Below, one piece after another: positions 32,324-42,217 of a stretch of DNA of 64,000 nt. This DNA is from a bacterium (GTDB taxonomy: Bacteria > Zhuqueibacterota > Zhuqueibacteria > Residuimicrobiales > Krinioviventaceae): assembly GCA_963693055.1 (NCBI GenBank), contig OY843751.1, positions 1,184,001 to 1,248,000 on the forward strand. Reading direction: 5' to 3'. Every line of letters starts with the position of its first letter. Position 1 is the first letter of the stretch. The notes below the pieces were generated by a model. The model was not told where the DNA came from, searched no databases, and saw only the letters and a program-made list of their open reading frames with translations. The translations under genes and the position numbers were made by a program.

Positions 32324-34654
32324 GTGATACCTTTGAGGCATTTCAAACTCTGTATTCCATTGATCCTGATTAGCGTTTTCTTTTCATGTACGGATACGTC
32401 ATCTGTATCAGAGAAAGTGGACTGGAAATCGTTCATGACTCGTCATGACATGATCTGGAAAAAGTTACCAACAGAGTGGAGTCAGGGGCCGTTTTTCGGA
32501 AATGGATTGATTGGATCGTTGATCTGGAAGGATGGAGACAAGAACCGTTTTCGGATGCAGGTGTTTCGCTCGGATGTGCAGGAGCACCGTTCCTTTGAAT
32601 ATGGACATGCAGGGTATGCCCGCTACCGCATGCAAATTGGTTCTTTTTATTTCGAGCCTGTTGGTGAAATAAAAGGATGTGACTGGCGACTGGATCTGTA
32701 TAATGCCGAGCTGGTAGGCACGATCCAAACAGACAAGGGTGAGATCCGTATCCGTCATTTTACCCACTCTCATGATATGATACTCTATACCGAGCTTGAA
32801 ACAAGCGGTGATGAAACCGGCTGCAAATGGACCTGGGAGCCAGCTGATCCCTGGCCCACACGACAAGGTTTCCCCGAGTCGGAAGAACAGATTCCCTATG
32901 TACAAAAGCGATATGATTCAAAGTTCCCCACAAAGGTTTATGATCGCAATCCTGCCCCCCGGATTGAAGAACGGAATGGCGTGAATGTCTGCATTCAGGA
33001 GCTGACACATGGTGGTCAGCATTCAACCGCCTGGACGCTAAAAGAAAATAATCATCTGCAACAGCATATCGTCTGTATTGCCAAGAGTTGGCCCGATGAA
33101 TCGGCAGTATCGGCCAAGGATGCGGTACATGCTGTACATACCATTGCAGATTTGAATAATTATGATAAATGGAAACAGGTGCATTACGACTGGTGGCACC
33201 AATATTACCCCAAAAGTTTTATTTCCCTCTCCGATACTCGTGCGGAAACGGTATACTGGACACAGATGTACAAACTGGCAAGCGCTTCACGGCATAACCG
33301 TCCTATGATGGATACTGCAGGATTGTGGCAGGTCCCTTCAAGTTGGCCTTTTGTGACCTGGAATCTGAATGTACAATTGTGTTACTGGGCACCTTTTCCT
33401 GCCAACCGCATGGGTGTCGGAGAATCTCTAATTTATAACCTGTGGAAGTTTAGACAAAACCTGATAGACAATGTGATGCCGGAAGAATGGCGCAATGATT
33501 CCGCAATGACCTCTGTGAATTCCGGTAATGATATGGCACAGCCCTGGGGTATGGATAATCGTGATTTTGCCACAAGCCTGGGAAATCTGGTTTGGGCACT
33601 GCATGATGTTTGGCTGCAATATCGCTACAGCATGGATGATGAAATGCTGCGGGAGAAATTGTATCCGTTGCTGCGCCGATCCGTAAACTGGATGCTACAC
33701 CATGTTTATGAAAAAGATGGGGTGTATCACTTGCCGCCTTCAGGTTCACCGGAATATGGCAAGGCGCCTGATTGTAATTATGACCTGGCGTTGTTGCGCT
33801 GGGGATGTGAAACTTTGCTGAAAATTAATGACCATTTGAACCTGAATGATCCTTTGAAAGAAAAATGGCAAGATACTCTGGACCACCTTGTTCCTTTTTA
33901 TATTGATGAAAACGGATACATGGTGGGAGCAGGTGTGCCATTTGTAAATGCTCACCGTCATTACTCTCATTTATTAATGTTTTATCCCTTGTACCTGGTC
34001 AGCCCTGAAGAGCCTGAACAAAAAAAGCTACTTCTCAAATCCCTTAAACATTGGCTCGACACCAATCGTAAGGAATATGAAAGATCGGGTAACTGGGGTG
34101 TGTTTGCTGCATATACCCATACCGGGGCATCATCCATGTACGCTGCACTTGGAGATGGTGATAGGGCATTGGAATATTTGAACGGATTTATTGATTATCC
34201 TTTGGTAAGAAAAAATAGTTTATATGCGGAATCCGGTCCTGTGCTGGAATCTCCGCTTTCAGCTGCACAAAATGTGCACGATATGTTAATCCAGAGCTGG
34301 GGAGCCAAGATTCGTATATTTCCCGCAGTGCCGGAATTGTGGCCTGATGTCATATTCCACAACCTCAGGTCCGAAGGAGGATTCCTGGTCAGCGCGGAAC
34401 GAAAAGCTGGCTCCCTGCAATGGATTCGTGTAACCAGCCTTGCAGGTGAACCCTGTACGTTGAAGGTTGATTTTGATGCACCGTATGAAATGGAACTTGG
34501 CGGTAAGACAACAACCTGCAATGCTGAACAAAAAATAGTATCTATTAATCTTTTAAAAGACCAAACCGTTCTATTAAAAATACCCGGAACCAAACCTAAA
34601 GTCCATGCCGTACCTGCTCAGACTGAAAATCTCAACTGGTATGGAGTGAAATGA
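32324..34654 (+). CDS. GH95-like alpha-L-fucosidase/L-galactosidase, probable lipoprotein
   Basis: WNLNVQLCYW, SPEY, HRHYSHL, MLIQS, IFPAVP; lipobox-like VFFSC. Confidence 0.8.
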   Translation: MIPLRHFKLCIPLILISVFFSCTDTSSVSEKVDWKSFMTRHDMIWKKLPTEWSQGPFFGNGLIGSLIWKDGDKNRFRMQVFRSDVQEHRSFEYGHAGYARYRMQIGSFYFEPVGEIKGCDWRLDLYNAELVGTIQTDKGEIRIRHFTHSHDMILYTELETSGDETGCKWTWEPADPWPTRQGFPESEEQIPYVQKRYDSKFPTKVYDRNPAPRIEERNGVNVCIQELTHGGQHSTAWTLKENNHLQQHIVCIAKSWPDESAVSAKDAVHAVHTIADLNNYDKWKQVHYDWWHQYYPKSFISLSDTRAETVYWTQMYKLASASRHNRPMMDTAGLWQVPSSWPFVTWNLNVQLCYWAPFPANRMGVGESLIYNLWKFRQNLIDNVMPEEWRNDSAMTSVNSGNDMAQPWGMDNRDFATSLGNLVWALHDVWLQYRYSMDDEMLREKLYPLLRRSVNWMLHHVYEKDGVYHLPPSGSPEYGKAPDCNYDLALLRWGCETLLKINDHLNLNDPLKEKWQDTLDHLVPFYIDENGYMVGAGVPFVNAHRHYSHLLMFYPLYLVSPEEPEQKKLLLKSLKHWLDTNRKEYERSGNWGVFAAYTHTGASSMYAALGDGDRALEYLNGFIDYPLVRKNSLYAESGPVLESPLSAAQNVHDMLIQSWGAKIRIFPAVPELWPDVIFHNLRSEGGFLVSAERKAGSLQWIRVTSLAGEPCTLKVDFDAPYEMELGGKTTTCNAEQKIVSINLLKDQTVLLKIPGTKPKVHAVPAQTENLNWYGVK

Positions 34655-35622
34655 AAATAAAATATATACTTTTGCTTTTTTTATTATCTGTTTCCATTAT
34701 TTATGCTAAAAGTAATTTGCTGGGAGCACTGTCTTCCCCAATTCTATTCAAGGGTGATGATACAAACGCTTATCGTGATCCTGCGGTTCTGTATATTAAT
34801 CAAACCTTTTATCTCTTTTTTACGCTGGTGCAGGTAGAGCCTGATGGCGCAGTTTATTCATATACCGCGCAGAGCAAAAGTCGTGATCTGCAAGACTGGA
34901 GCACACCGGTGATTATAACGCCAAAGGGGCAGGACCTCAACTATTGCAGTCCCGGAAACGTTATACGATATCAAGACCAATGGGTGCTGTGTTTACAAAC
35001 CTATCCACGTCCCGGATATAATATTAAAGATCAACCGGTTTACGGTAACCAGACTGCCCGGATTTTTATCATGAAAAGCAATGATCTGGAGTATTGGTCA
35101 CAGCCGGAGCTGCTCCGGGTTAAAGGACCCAATATACCGGTTCAAGATATGGGACGTATGATTGATCCTTATCTGATTAAAGACAAGTATGATTCCGCTA
35201 AATGGTGGTGTTTTTATAAACAGAACGGTGTCAGCATGTCATGGTCCAGGGATCTGGAAAATTGGACCTTTTTCGGGCATACTCAATCCGGTGAAAATGT
35301 GTGTGTGCTGGTAGAAGATGATGAATATGTGCTGTTTCATTCACCTTCCAATGGTATTGGGATCAAACGATCATCTGATCTGAAAACATGGCAGGACCAG
35401 AGTAGATTGATCACATTGGGCCAGAAAAATTGGCCCTGGGCGCAAGGACGATTGACAGCCGCTACAGTAATTGATTTGCGCCATGTACCGGGTATTGAGA
35501 AATATGTTATGTTTTTTCATGGATCCGGGCCTGAGCCTGAATCGAAAATGTTTGATCAGTATGCAAGTATAGGTATTGCATGGAGCAAGGATTTATTAAC
35601 TTGGGAGTGGCCGGGAAAATGA
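34651..35622 (+). CDS. Secreted five-bladed beta-propeller glycosidase-like protein (GH32/43/117-like fold)
   Basis: AYRDPAV, MIDP, repeated S.DL..W boxes; signal peptide. Confidence 0.65.
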   Translation: MKIKYILLLFLLSVSIIYAKSNLLGALSSPILFKGDDTNAYRDPAVLYINQTFYLFFTLVQVEPDGAVYSYTAQSKSRDLQDWSTPVIITPKGQDLNYCSPGNVIRYQDQWVLCLQTYPRPGYNIKDQPVYGNQTARIFIMKSNDLEYWSQPELLRVKGPNIPVQDMGRMIDPYLIKDKYDSAKWWCFYKQNGVSMSWSRDLENWTFFGHTQSGENVCVLVEDDEYVLFHSPSNGIGIKRSSDLKTWQDQSRLITLGQKNWPWAQGRLTAATVIDLRHVPGIEKYVMFFHGSGPEPESKMFDQYASIGIAWSKDLLTWEWPGK

Positions 35623-36632
35623 AAAAAACTGTATTGATGCTAATTATATGTTTTCTATTGTCTCAATCTATTGTATTGGCACAGCATAAGCCCATTATTG
35701 AGCGTTTATTGCCTGTTCCCAAAGAGGGTGGGTTTAAAATGGACGGTTACTTTGTTTGGGGAGGCTCGTTAATTAAAGCGGATGGCAAATACCATCTCTT
35801 TGCATCCCGATGGCCGACTTGGGAGACTTTGGGAAAGGAATTTGTCGAGAACGGTCCGGTGAGTATATTGGGCTTGTACCGCGAGTATTCCGAGATCGTT
35901 CATGCGGAAGCAGATGATCCGTTGGGCCCCTATACCTTTAAAGACGTGGTTGTGTCCGGTCGTGGTGACGGCTATTGGGATGGGCAAATGTGTCATAATC
36001 CTAAAATCATCAAGATTGATGATGAATATGTTTTGTTTTACATTGGTAGATATACTGACCGTCCTGAACGCAAAGTAGGCTATGCGGTTGCGTCTTCAAT
36101 TAACGGACCCTGGAAAAGAAGCGAAACACAAATCTTGTTGACCGAAGATGCCAACAATCCTGCACCCTATGTGAATAAAGATGGTAGCGTCTTGTTGTCT
36201 TTTCGTGACAGGCATCTTGCAAACTTTATTGTCAAAGCGGAAGCCTATGATGGAGATTACGAGTTTTTAGCAGGAAATATAACACCGGGTAAAGCGTTTG
36301 AAGACGCTTCAATATTCTACAAAGACAATGTTTACCATATGGTAATGGAAGATAATCGAGGATTATTTACCGGACATGTTCGTCATGGTGCGCACCTGGT
36401 ATCGGAGGATGCTATAACCTGGAAAGTTTTTGATCCTGTTCATATATATACACACACTGTACAATGGAATGATGGCACGGAAACCACGTTTGACCGACGA
36501 GAACGTCCAGAGTTGGTCAATCTGGATAATCCCCCAGAACGCAAGTATGATGGAGAACCCACACATCTGCTCACCGGTGCACAAATAGGTATGACGAGTT
36601 GGTGCATTATTCAAGAGATTGCAAAAGAATAA
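35619..36632 (+). CDS. Secreted beta-propeller glycoside hydrolase-like protein (GH43/62/68/117/130-like)
   Basis: WGGS, YHLFASRW, HNP, NNP, ED, RERP; ATG 35619 overlaps previous TGA and starts a signal peptide. Confidence 0.65.
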   Translation: MKKTVLMLIICFLLSQSIVLAQHKPIIERLLPVPKEGGFKMDGYFVWGGSLIKADGKYHLFASRWPTWETLGKEFVENGPVSILGLYREYSEIVHAEADDPLGPYTFKDVVVSGRGDGYWDGQMCHNPKIIKIDDEYVLFYIGRYTDRPERKVGYAVASSINGPWKRSETQILLTEDANNPAPYVNKDGSVLLSFRDRHLANFIVKAEAYDGDYEFLAGNITPGKAFEDASIFYKDNVYHMVMEDNRGLFTGHVRHGAHLVSEDAITWKVFDPVHIYTHTVQWNDGTETTFDRRERPELVNLDNPPERKYDGEPTHLLTGAQIGMTSWCIIQEIAKE

Positions 36633-36656
36633 GTAATTTTGTTGGAGGTTGGCAAG

Positions 36657-38132
36657 ATGAAAGTTAAACTTTTTTTGATATGCATAATACTAACAGGTTT
36701 TATTACTACTGCAACTGCAGTGGAATACAAAACCAAAGCATACGAACCAGAATGGGAGTCATTGATCCAGCATCCCACACCGGACTGGTTCAAAGATGCC
36801 AAGTTTGGTATTTATTTCCATTGGGGTGTGTATTCTGTCCCGGCACATGGTAATGAATGGTATCCGCGTAATATGTATCGTAAGGACAGTAAATTGTTCA
36901 ACTGGCACCGAGAGAATTGGGGGCCGCAGGAAGAATTTGGTTACAAGGATTTTATTCCCATGTTTACTGCTGAAAAATTCAACGCGGATGATTGGGTAGA
37001 TTTGTTTGTGAAATCAGGAGCGAAATTTGTCGGACCGGTTGCCGAACACCATGACGGTTTTGCCATGTGGGCAAGTAAACTAACGGATTGGGATGCAGGT
37101 GATATGGGACCCAAGCGCGATATTGTAGGTGAATTAGCAGAGGCTGTTAGAAAGCGTAAAGGATTAAAGTTTTTAACTTCATTTCATCATGCGTATAACT
37201 GGAAGTATTATGAACCCGCTTATGATTATGATGCCGGTGATGCACGTTTTGCAGGATTGTACAATTTACCGCATGCTGATGGTGCTCCCGAATCGGATGA
37301 TTTTTTAGAGGACTGGCTGGGTAAATTAATTGAAGTGATTGACAATTATCAACCGGATTATATCTGGTTTGATTTTGGCTGGCGTGAACATACTTTTGAT
37401 GCCTATAAGCGAGAATTCCTTGCTTATTACTATAACAAGGCAGAAGAGTGGGGCAAAGATGTGGTTGTTTCGTACAAACATGAACATTTACCTGTTGGTG
37501 CGGGAGTTTTGGATATGGAACGCGGTCGTCTGGATTCTTTGCGCCAGATTTACTGGATTACCGATACTTCTATTGATAAAGTATCATGGTGTTACGTAGA
37601 GCATCCTGATTACAAGGATGTCAATACCATGGTTGACAATCTGGTAGACCGGGTTAGTAAAAACGGTAATACCCTGATGAATATTGCACCCCGCGCAGAC
37701 GGGACCATTCCCGAAGGGCAAAAAGAACGGCTGCTGGGTATTGGTAAATGGCTGGGCGTAAACGGTGAAGCCATATACGGTACACGGCACTGGTTTAAAT
37801 ATGGAGAAGGTCCTACCCAGTTCAAAGGTGGTGGTTTTATTGATAAAAAGAAACTTGTATATACGGCAAAGGATGTGCGGTTTACCACCAAAGGCAATAC
37901 TTTGTACGCAATTGCATTGGATTGGCCCGAGAATGAATTAACTGTTGAATCGCTCAAGGTTTTGGATGCAGATCAAATTAAATCGGTTTCACTTTTGGGA
38001 AGTAAAGAAAAGGTTGACTGGGAAATGACAGAAACCGGTTTGAAATTGGTAATGCCCAAAAATAAACCTTGTGAACATGCATATTCTTTCAAGATTGAAT
38101 ATGGCGTGCGTTTGCCCCGTTCGGCAAATTAA
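36657..38132 (+). CDS. GH29 alpha-L-fucosidase
   Basis: WFKDAKFGIYFHWG, EHHDGF, YIWFD, NGEAIYGTR; GGAGG favours ATG 36657. Confidence 0.93.
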   Translation: MKVKLFLICIILTGFITTATAVEYKTKAYEPEWESLIQHPTPDWFKDAKFGIYFHWGVYSVPAHGNEWYPRNMYRKDSKLFNWHRENWGPQEEFGYKDFIPMFTAEKFNADDWVDLFVKSGAKFVGPVAEHHDGFAMWASKLTDWDAGDMGPKRDIVGELAEAVRKRKGLKFLTSFHHAYNWKYYEPAYDYDAGDARFAGLYNLPHADGAPESDDFLEDWLGKLIEVIDNYQPDYIWFDFGWREHTFDAYKREFLAYYYNKAEEWGKDVVVSYKHEHLPVGAGVLDMERGRLDSLRQIYWITDTSIDKVSWCYVEHPDYKDVNTMVDNLVDRVSKNGNTLMNIAPRADGTIPEGQKERLLGIGKWLGVNGEAIYGTRHWFKYGEGPTQFKGGGFIDKKKLVYTAKDVRFTTKGNTLYAIALDWPENELTVESLKVLDADQIKSVSLLGSKEKVDWEMTETGLKLVMPKNKPCEHAYSFKIEYGVRLPRSAN

Positions 38133-38173
38133 AGATGTACTTTTGATGGTTTTATCTTTTAATAAATGGATTT

Positions 38174-39721
38174 TTGATGCATAGACGCTCGTTTTTGAAA
38201 TCATTTTCAGTTGCAATGGGGACTGCATTGGCAGGTGGATTTTTAAATTGTCAACGCGCTCAAACCCAGCCCAATATAGTCTTTATTTTAGCAGATGATT
38301 TGGGATATGGAGAGTTGGGTTGCTATGGTCAGGAAAAGATTGAAACTCCCAATATTGACAAGCTGGCAACAACCGGAATGCGATTTACACAGTTTTATTC
38401 AGGCGCACCGGTATGTGCCCCGGCAAGATGTGTACTGCTTACCGGTAAACATAGCGGTCACGCTTATATCCGCGGTAATGATGAATGGGCCTCTCGCGGG
38501 GATGTTTGGGATTATGCCAAGATGGTCGAGGACCCCAATCTGGAAGGACAGCGACCCTTGCCGCAGGATACCGTCACTATCGGAAAACTGTTACAAACTG
38601 CCGGATATAAAACTGCGGTTGTAGGCAAGTGGGGACTGGGTGCACCCAATACTGAAGGCATCCCCAACAAGCAAGGCTTTGATTTCTTTTATGGGTATAA
38701 TTGTCAAAGACAAGCGCATATCTATTATCCCAAACATCTTTGGAAGAATACTAATAAACACTGGCTGGACAATGAACTGGTTATACCCAATACCAAGCTT
38801 GATAAAGATGCGGATCCTTATGATCCTGCCAGTTATGCAAAATTTAGTCAAAAATATTATGCCCCGGATTATATGTTTCATGAGATCCTCAATTTTGTGG
38901 ATGAGAATAAAAATACACCATTTTTTCTGTACTGGGCAACCCCCATTCCACATGTGTCTTTACAGGCCCCACAGAATTGGGTAGAAACATATGTGAAAAA
39001 GTTTGGTGATGAAGAACCATACCTGGGAGATATGGGGTATCTGCCGCACCGGTATCCACATGCTGCTTATGCGGCTATGGTTTCATATCTGGATGACCAG
39101 GTTGGTCAATTGATTGAAAAATTGAAATCATTGGGCATTTATGATAATACATTGATTATATTTACATCTGATAATGGTCCAACTTATGCGGGTGGGGCAG
39201 ATTCGGAATATTTCAATAGTGCATCTCCATTTTCAAATAAAAGGGAGCGCATTAAAGGCAATGTCTATGAAGGAGGGGTCCGAGTACCCATGCTTGCATC
39301 CTGGCCACGCAGGATTCAGGCGGGTTCACAATCGGTCCACATGGCAGCGTTTTATGATGTGCTCCCGACTTTATGTGAGGTGAGTGGTACAGTCGTTCCA
39401 GAGGATACGGATGGAATCAGCTTTTTACCGGAACTGCTGGGGAATGAGCAAAAGAGCCACGAGTTTCTGTATTGGGAGTTTCCTGGTTATGGTGGTCAGC
39501 AGGCTGTCAGAATGGGAGACTGGAAAGGCATTAGACGTGATCTGCAAAAAGGAGCGTCTGAAATTGCATTATATAATCTAGCCGACGATATTAAAGAAGA
39601 GCATAATGTTGCTGATAAATATCCCGATGTTGTAAAAAAGATTAGAGAAATAATGCAGCGTGAGCATGCCATTCCCCGGATTAAACGATTTCGTATAAAA
39701 GGTATGGGAGATATCGCTTAA
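38174..39721 (+). CDS. S1 arylsulfatase (possible Tat lipoprotein)
   Basis: HRRSFLK..FLNC; ADDLGY, CAPAR, GKW, SDNG. Confidence 0.92.
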   Translation: MMHRRSFLKSFSVAMGTALAGGFLNCQRAQTQPNIVFILADDLGYGELGCYGQEKIETPNIDKLATTGMRFTQFYSGAPVCAPARCVLLTGKHSGHAYIRGNDEWASRGDVWDYAKMVEDPNLEGQRPLPQDTVTIGKLLQTAGYKTAVVGKWGLGAPNTEGIPNKQGFDFFYGYNCQRQAHIYYPKHLWKNTNKHWLDNELVIPNTKLDKDADPYDPASYAKFSQKYYAPDYMFHEILNFVDENKNTPFFLYWATPIPHVSLQAPQNWVETYVKKFGDEEPYLGDMGYLPHRYPHAAYAAMVSYLDDQVGQLIEKLKSLGIYDNTLIIFTSDNGPTYAGGADSEYFNSASPFSNKRERIKGNVYEGGVRVPMLASWPRRIQAGSQSVHMAAFYDVLPTLCEVSGTVVPEDTDGISFLPELLGNEQKSHEFLYWEFPGYGGQQAVRMGDWKGIRRDLQKGASEIALYNLADDIKEEHNVADKYPDVVKKIREIMQREHAIPRIKRFRIKGMGDIA

Positions 39722-39810
39722 AAAGCTGTAAATTAACATGTATTTTAATTTTTTTTTTTGTATACTAGAATTGATATAAACTATGTGAAGTAATTGTCAA
39801 TAAAAAGGAA

Positions 39811-41064
39811 TTGTTTATGCAAATTGGAAAATATTCATTTGGTGTTGGTGACCGTTTTGGCCACCAGGGAAAAGCACAACTGGCAGCATTTATTGAAGCC
39901 AAAAAACTGGGAGTAGATATTTCACCGGTTTGGAATAAATCATATCGTGAACATTCAACTATTCATACAAATCCTCAAGATACGCGTATGGAAGCCGATG
40001 AAGCTGTAAAGACATTGAACTGGGATGCCCCTTATTATGTAGATGCCGATCATATAAATATGAACAATGTTGATGGATTTATTGCATACAGTGATTTTTT
40101 TACATTGGATGTAGCGGATTATATTGGTAAAAAAGCAGAAGATGATACCATTCAGTCTTTTTACAAAAATAACGAAAAGTATTTGGGCTCTTTAAGCATT
40201 CCGGGAATTGATGAAACATTCGAGATCACCCAGGACCAATTAATGGGAATTGGTGTCAAGTATTTGTTTGCGGTTCAGGAAGCTGGTCGTATTTATCGCC
40301 ATATTCTGGAAACCAAAGGTAAAGATAATATGGTTATTGAGGTTTCCATGGATGAAACCGATGAACCTCAAACACCTGTTGAAATGTTTTTTATCCTTTC
40401 CGCAATTGCCGCAGAAGGTATTCCCGCACAGACTGTTGCACCCAAGTTTACCGGTCGTTTTAACAAAGGTGTGGATTATGTAGGAAACCTGGAACAGTTT
40501 ACCAAAGAATTTGAGCAAGACCTTGCAGTCGTCAGTTTTGCTGTTAAAGAATTTGGCATGCAGGAAAATTTGAAATTGAGTGTACACTCGGGAAGTGACA
40601 AGTTTTCAATTTATAAACCTATCCGCAAAGCCCTCCGCAAGTTTGATGCTGGTTTGCATCTCAAAACCGCAGGCACTACCTGGTTGGAAGAATTGATCGG
40701 TCTGGCTATGGCGGGTGGAGAAGGTTTGGAACTCGCCAAAGACGTTTACAGGGTTGCCTATGATCGTTTTGATGAATTGTGCAAACCTTATGCTACAGTG
40801 ATTGATATTGATGTAGAGAAACTTCCTGCTCCCTCTGTAGTAGATGAATGGGATGGAGACATGTATTCGGAATCGCTGCGTCATGATCAGAGTAATCCCC
40901 GTTATAATCTGCATTTTAGACAATTGCTACACGTAGGTTACAAAGTAGCAGCAGAAAAAGGTGACGAATACCTGGGTGCATTAAAGAAATTCAGTGATAT
41001 TGTTGCCAAGAACGTAACCGAGAACATTCTCGACCGTCATGTTAAACCCCTGTTTCTTGATTGA
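39811..41064 (+). CDS. uxaE: Tagaturonate/fructuronate epimerase
   Basis: SFGVGDRF, DADH, EVSMDET, SVHSGSDKF, HLKTAGTTWLE. Confidence 0.85.
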   Translation: MFMQIGKYSFGVGDRFGHQGKAQLAAFIEAKKLGVDISPVWNKSYREHSTIHTNPQDTRMEADEAVKTLNWDAPYYVDADHINMNNVDGFIAYSDFFTLDVADYIGKKAEDDTIQSFYKNNEKYLGSLSIPGIDETFEITQDQLMGIGVKYLFAVQEAGRIYRHILETKGKDNMVIEVSMDETDEPQTPVEMFFILSAIAAEGIPAQTVAPKFTGRFNKGVDYVGNLEQFTKEFEQDLAVVSFAVKEFGMQENLKLSVHSGSDKFSIYKPIRKALRKFDAGLHLKTAGTTWLEELIGLAMAGGEGLELAKDVYRVAYDRFDELCKPYATVIDIDVEKLPAPSVVDEWDGDMYSESLRHDQSNPRYNLHFRQLLHVGYKVAAEKGDEYLGALKKFSDIVAKNVTENILDRHVKPLFLD

Positions 41065-41084
41065 TCTATTTTTGAGGTAAGAAT

Positions 41085-42119
41085 TTGAAATGCGCACAAT
41101 TTCCGGGGGTGCGAAATATAGAATTGACCGAATTGGAACAGCCCGTTATTAAGAATGACGATGATGTTTTGATTCGTGTGGGTTCAGTTGGAGTATGTGG
41201 TTCGGACATCCACTATTATGTGGATGGCCGGATCGGGGACCAGGTTTTAGACTTTCCTTATATTCCGGGACACGAGTGTTCCGGTACAGTTGTAAAAACG
41301 GGCAAAAAAGTCAAACATATTAAACCAGGAGACAAGATTGCTGTTGAACCGGCTGTCTCTTGTGGCAAGTGCGATCAGTGCCTGGCAGGACGTGAAAATA
41401 CATGCCGCGAATTAAAATTTCTGGGTACTCCCGGAGAGCTGCGTGGATGTATGACTGAGTACCTGATTATGCCTGAACGTAACTGTTTTTTACTACCTGC
41501 CGGAATGACCCTTGAGCAGGGTGCTTTTGCCGAACCGTTATCCATATCCATATATGGATTAAAATATGTGAAAGAGATGGATGGCAAAAAGATGGCAATT
41601 CTTGGTTCGGGACCTATAGGCTTGACCGCTTTACTTGAAGCGCGTTTTAGAGGTGCGGAAACCTTGTACGTTACAGACAAGCTGGACAATCGTCTGCTCA
41701 CCGCAAAAAAGTGTGGAGCAGACTGGATCGGGAATCCCGATGATGAAGATATTGTGCAGGCTATCCTGGAAAAAGAACCCCTGGGTCTTGATGTTGTTGC
41801 GGAATGCTGTGGACAACAGGAAGCCATTGACCAGGCTGTAGATCTGTTAAAGCCGGGAGGTATACTGTTGTTAATAGGTATACCAACTGTTGATCGCATA
41901 TCTTTTAATATTAGCCGATTGCGTAGAAAAGAGATTACCATATACAATGTACGCAGACAAAATGATTGTTTGGGATTGGCTGTTGAACGTATTCACAAGG
42001 GACAGGTAAAAATTGATTCCTTGATAACACATTCCGGGAATTTGTCTCAAACAAAGGAATTTTATGATATGGTTGCAGATTACAAAGATGGAGTAATCAA
42101 AGCTATGATTACTATATAA
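41085..42119 (+). CDS. Zn-dependent (MDR) sugar/sugar-acid dehydrogenase
   Basis: GVCGSD, GHE, CxxCxxC..C structural Zn site, GSGPIG. Confidence 0.9.
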   Translation: MKCAQFPGVRNIELTELEQPVIKNDDDVLIRVGSVGVCGSDIHYYVDGRIGDQVLDFPYIPGHECSGTVVKTGKKVKHIKPGDKIAVEPAVSCGKCDQCLAGRENTCRELKFLGTPGELRGCMTEYLIMPERNCFLLPAGMTLEQGAFAEPLSISIYGLKYVKEMDGKKMAILGSGPIGLTALLEARFRGAETLYVTDKLDNRLLTAKKCGADWIGNPDDEDIVQAILEKEPLGLDVVAECCGQQEAIDQAVDLLKPGGILLLIGIPTVDRISFNISRLRRKEITIYNVRRQNDCLGLAVERIHKGQVKIDSLITHSGNLSQTKEFYDMVADYKDGVIKAMITI

Positions 42120-42126
42120 GTTTGTT

Positions 42127-42165
42127 TTCCCAATAATTGGTTTTTGATTATTGGGAATTTTTATT
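42127..42165 (+). terminator. Intrinsic terminator-like hairpin
   Basis: TTCCCAATAAT..ATTATTGGGAA followed by T-rich tract. Confidence 0.65.
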
Positions 42166-42174
42166 TATTTTTAC

Positions 42175-42197
42175 TTACTCGAGTAATTAATCGGGTA
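42175..42197. promoter_or_regulatory. Putative LacI-family operator (perfect 12-bp palindrome plus degenerate copy)
   Basis: TTACTCGAGTAA at 42175-42186, TAATCGGGTA at 42188-42197, just upstream of the AKR gene. Confidence 0.65.
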
Positions 42198-42217
42198 TTT
42201 TGCAGTAAGGATGATGT

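Noticed and set aside
39749-39759. Poly-T run upstream of uxaE as a phase-variable tract
   Set aside because: An AT-rich intergenic homopolymer with no evidence of length variation from a single sequence
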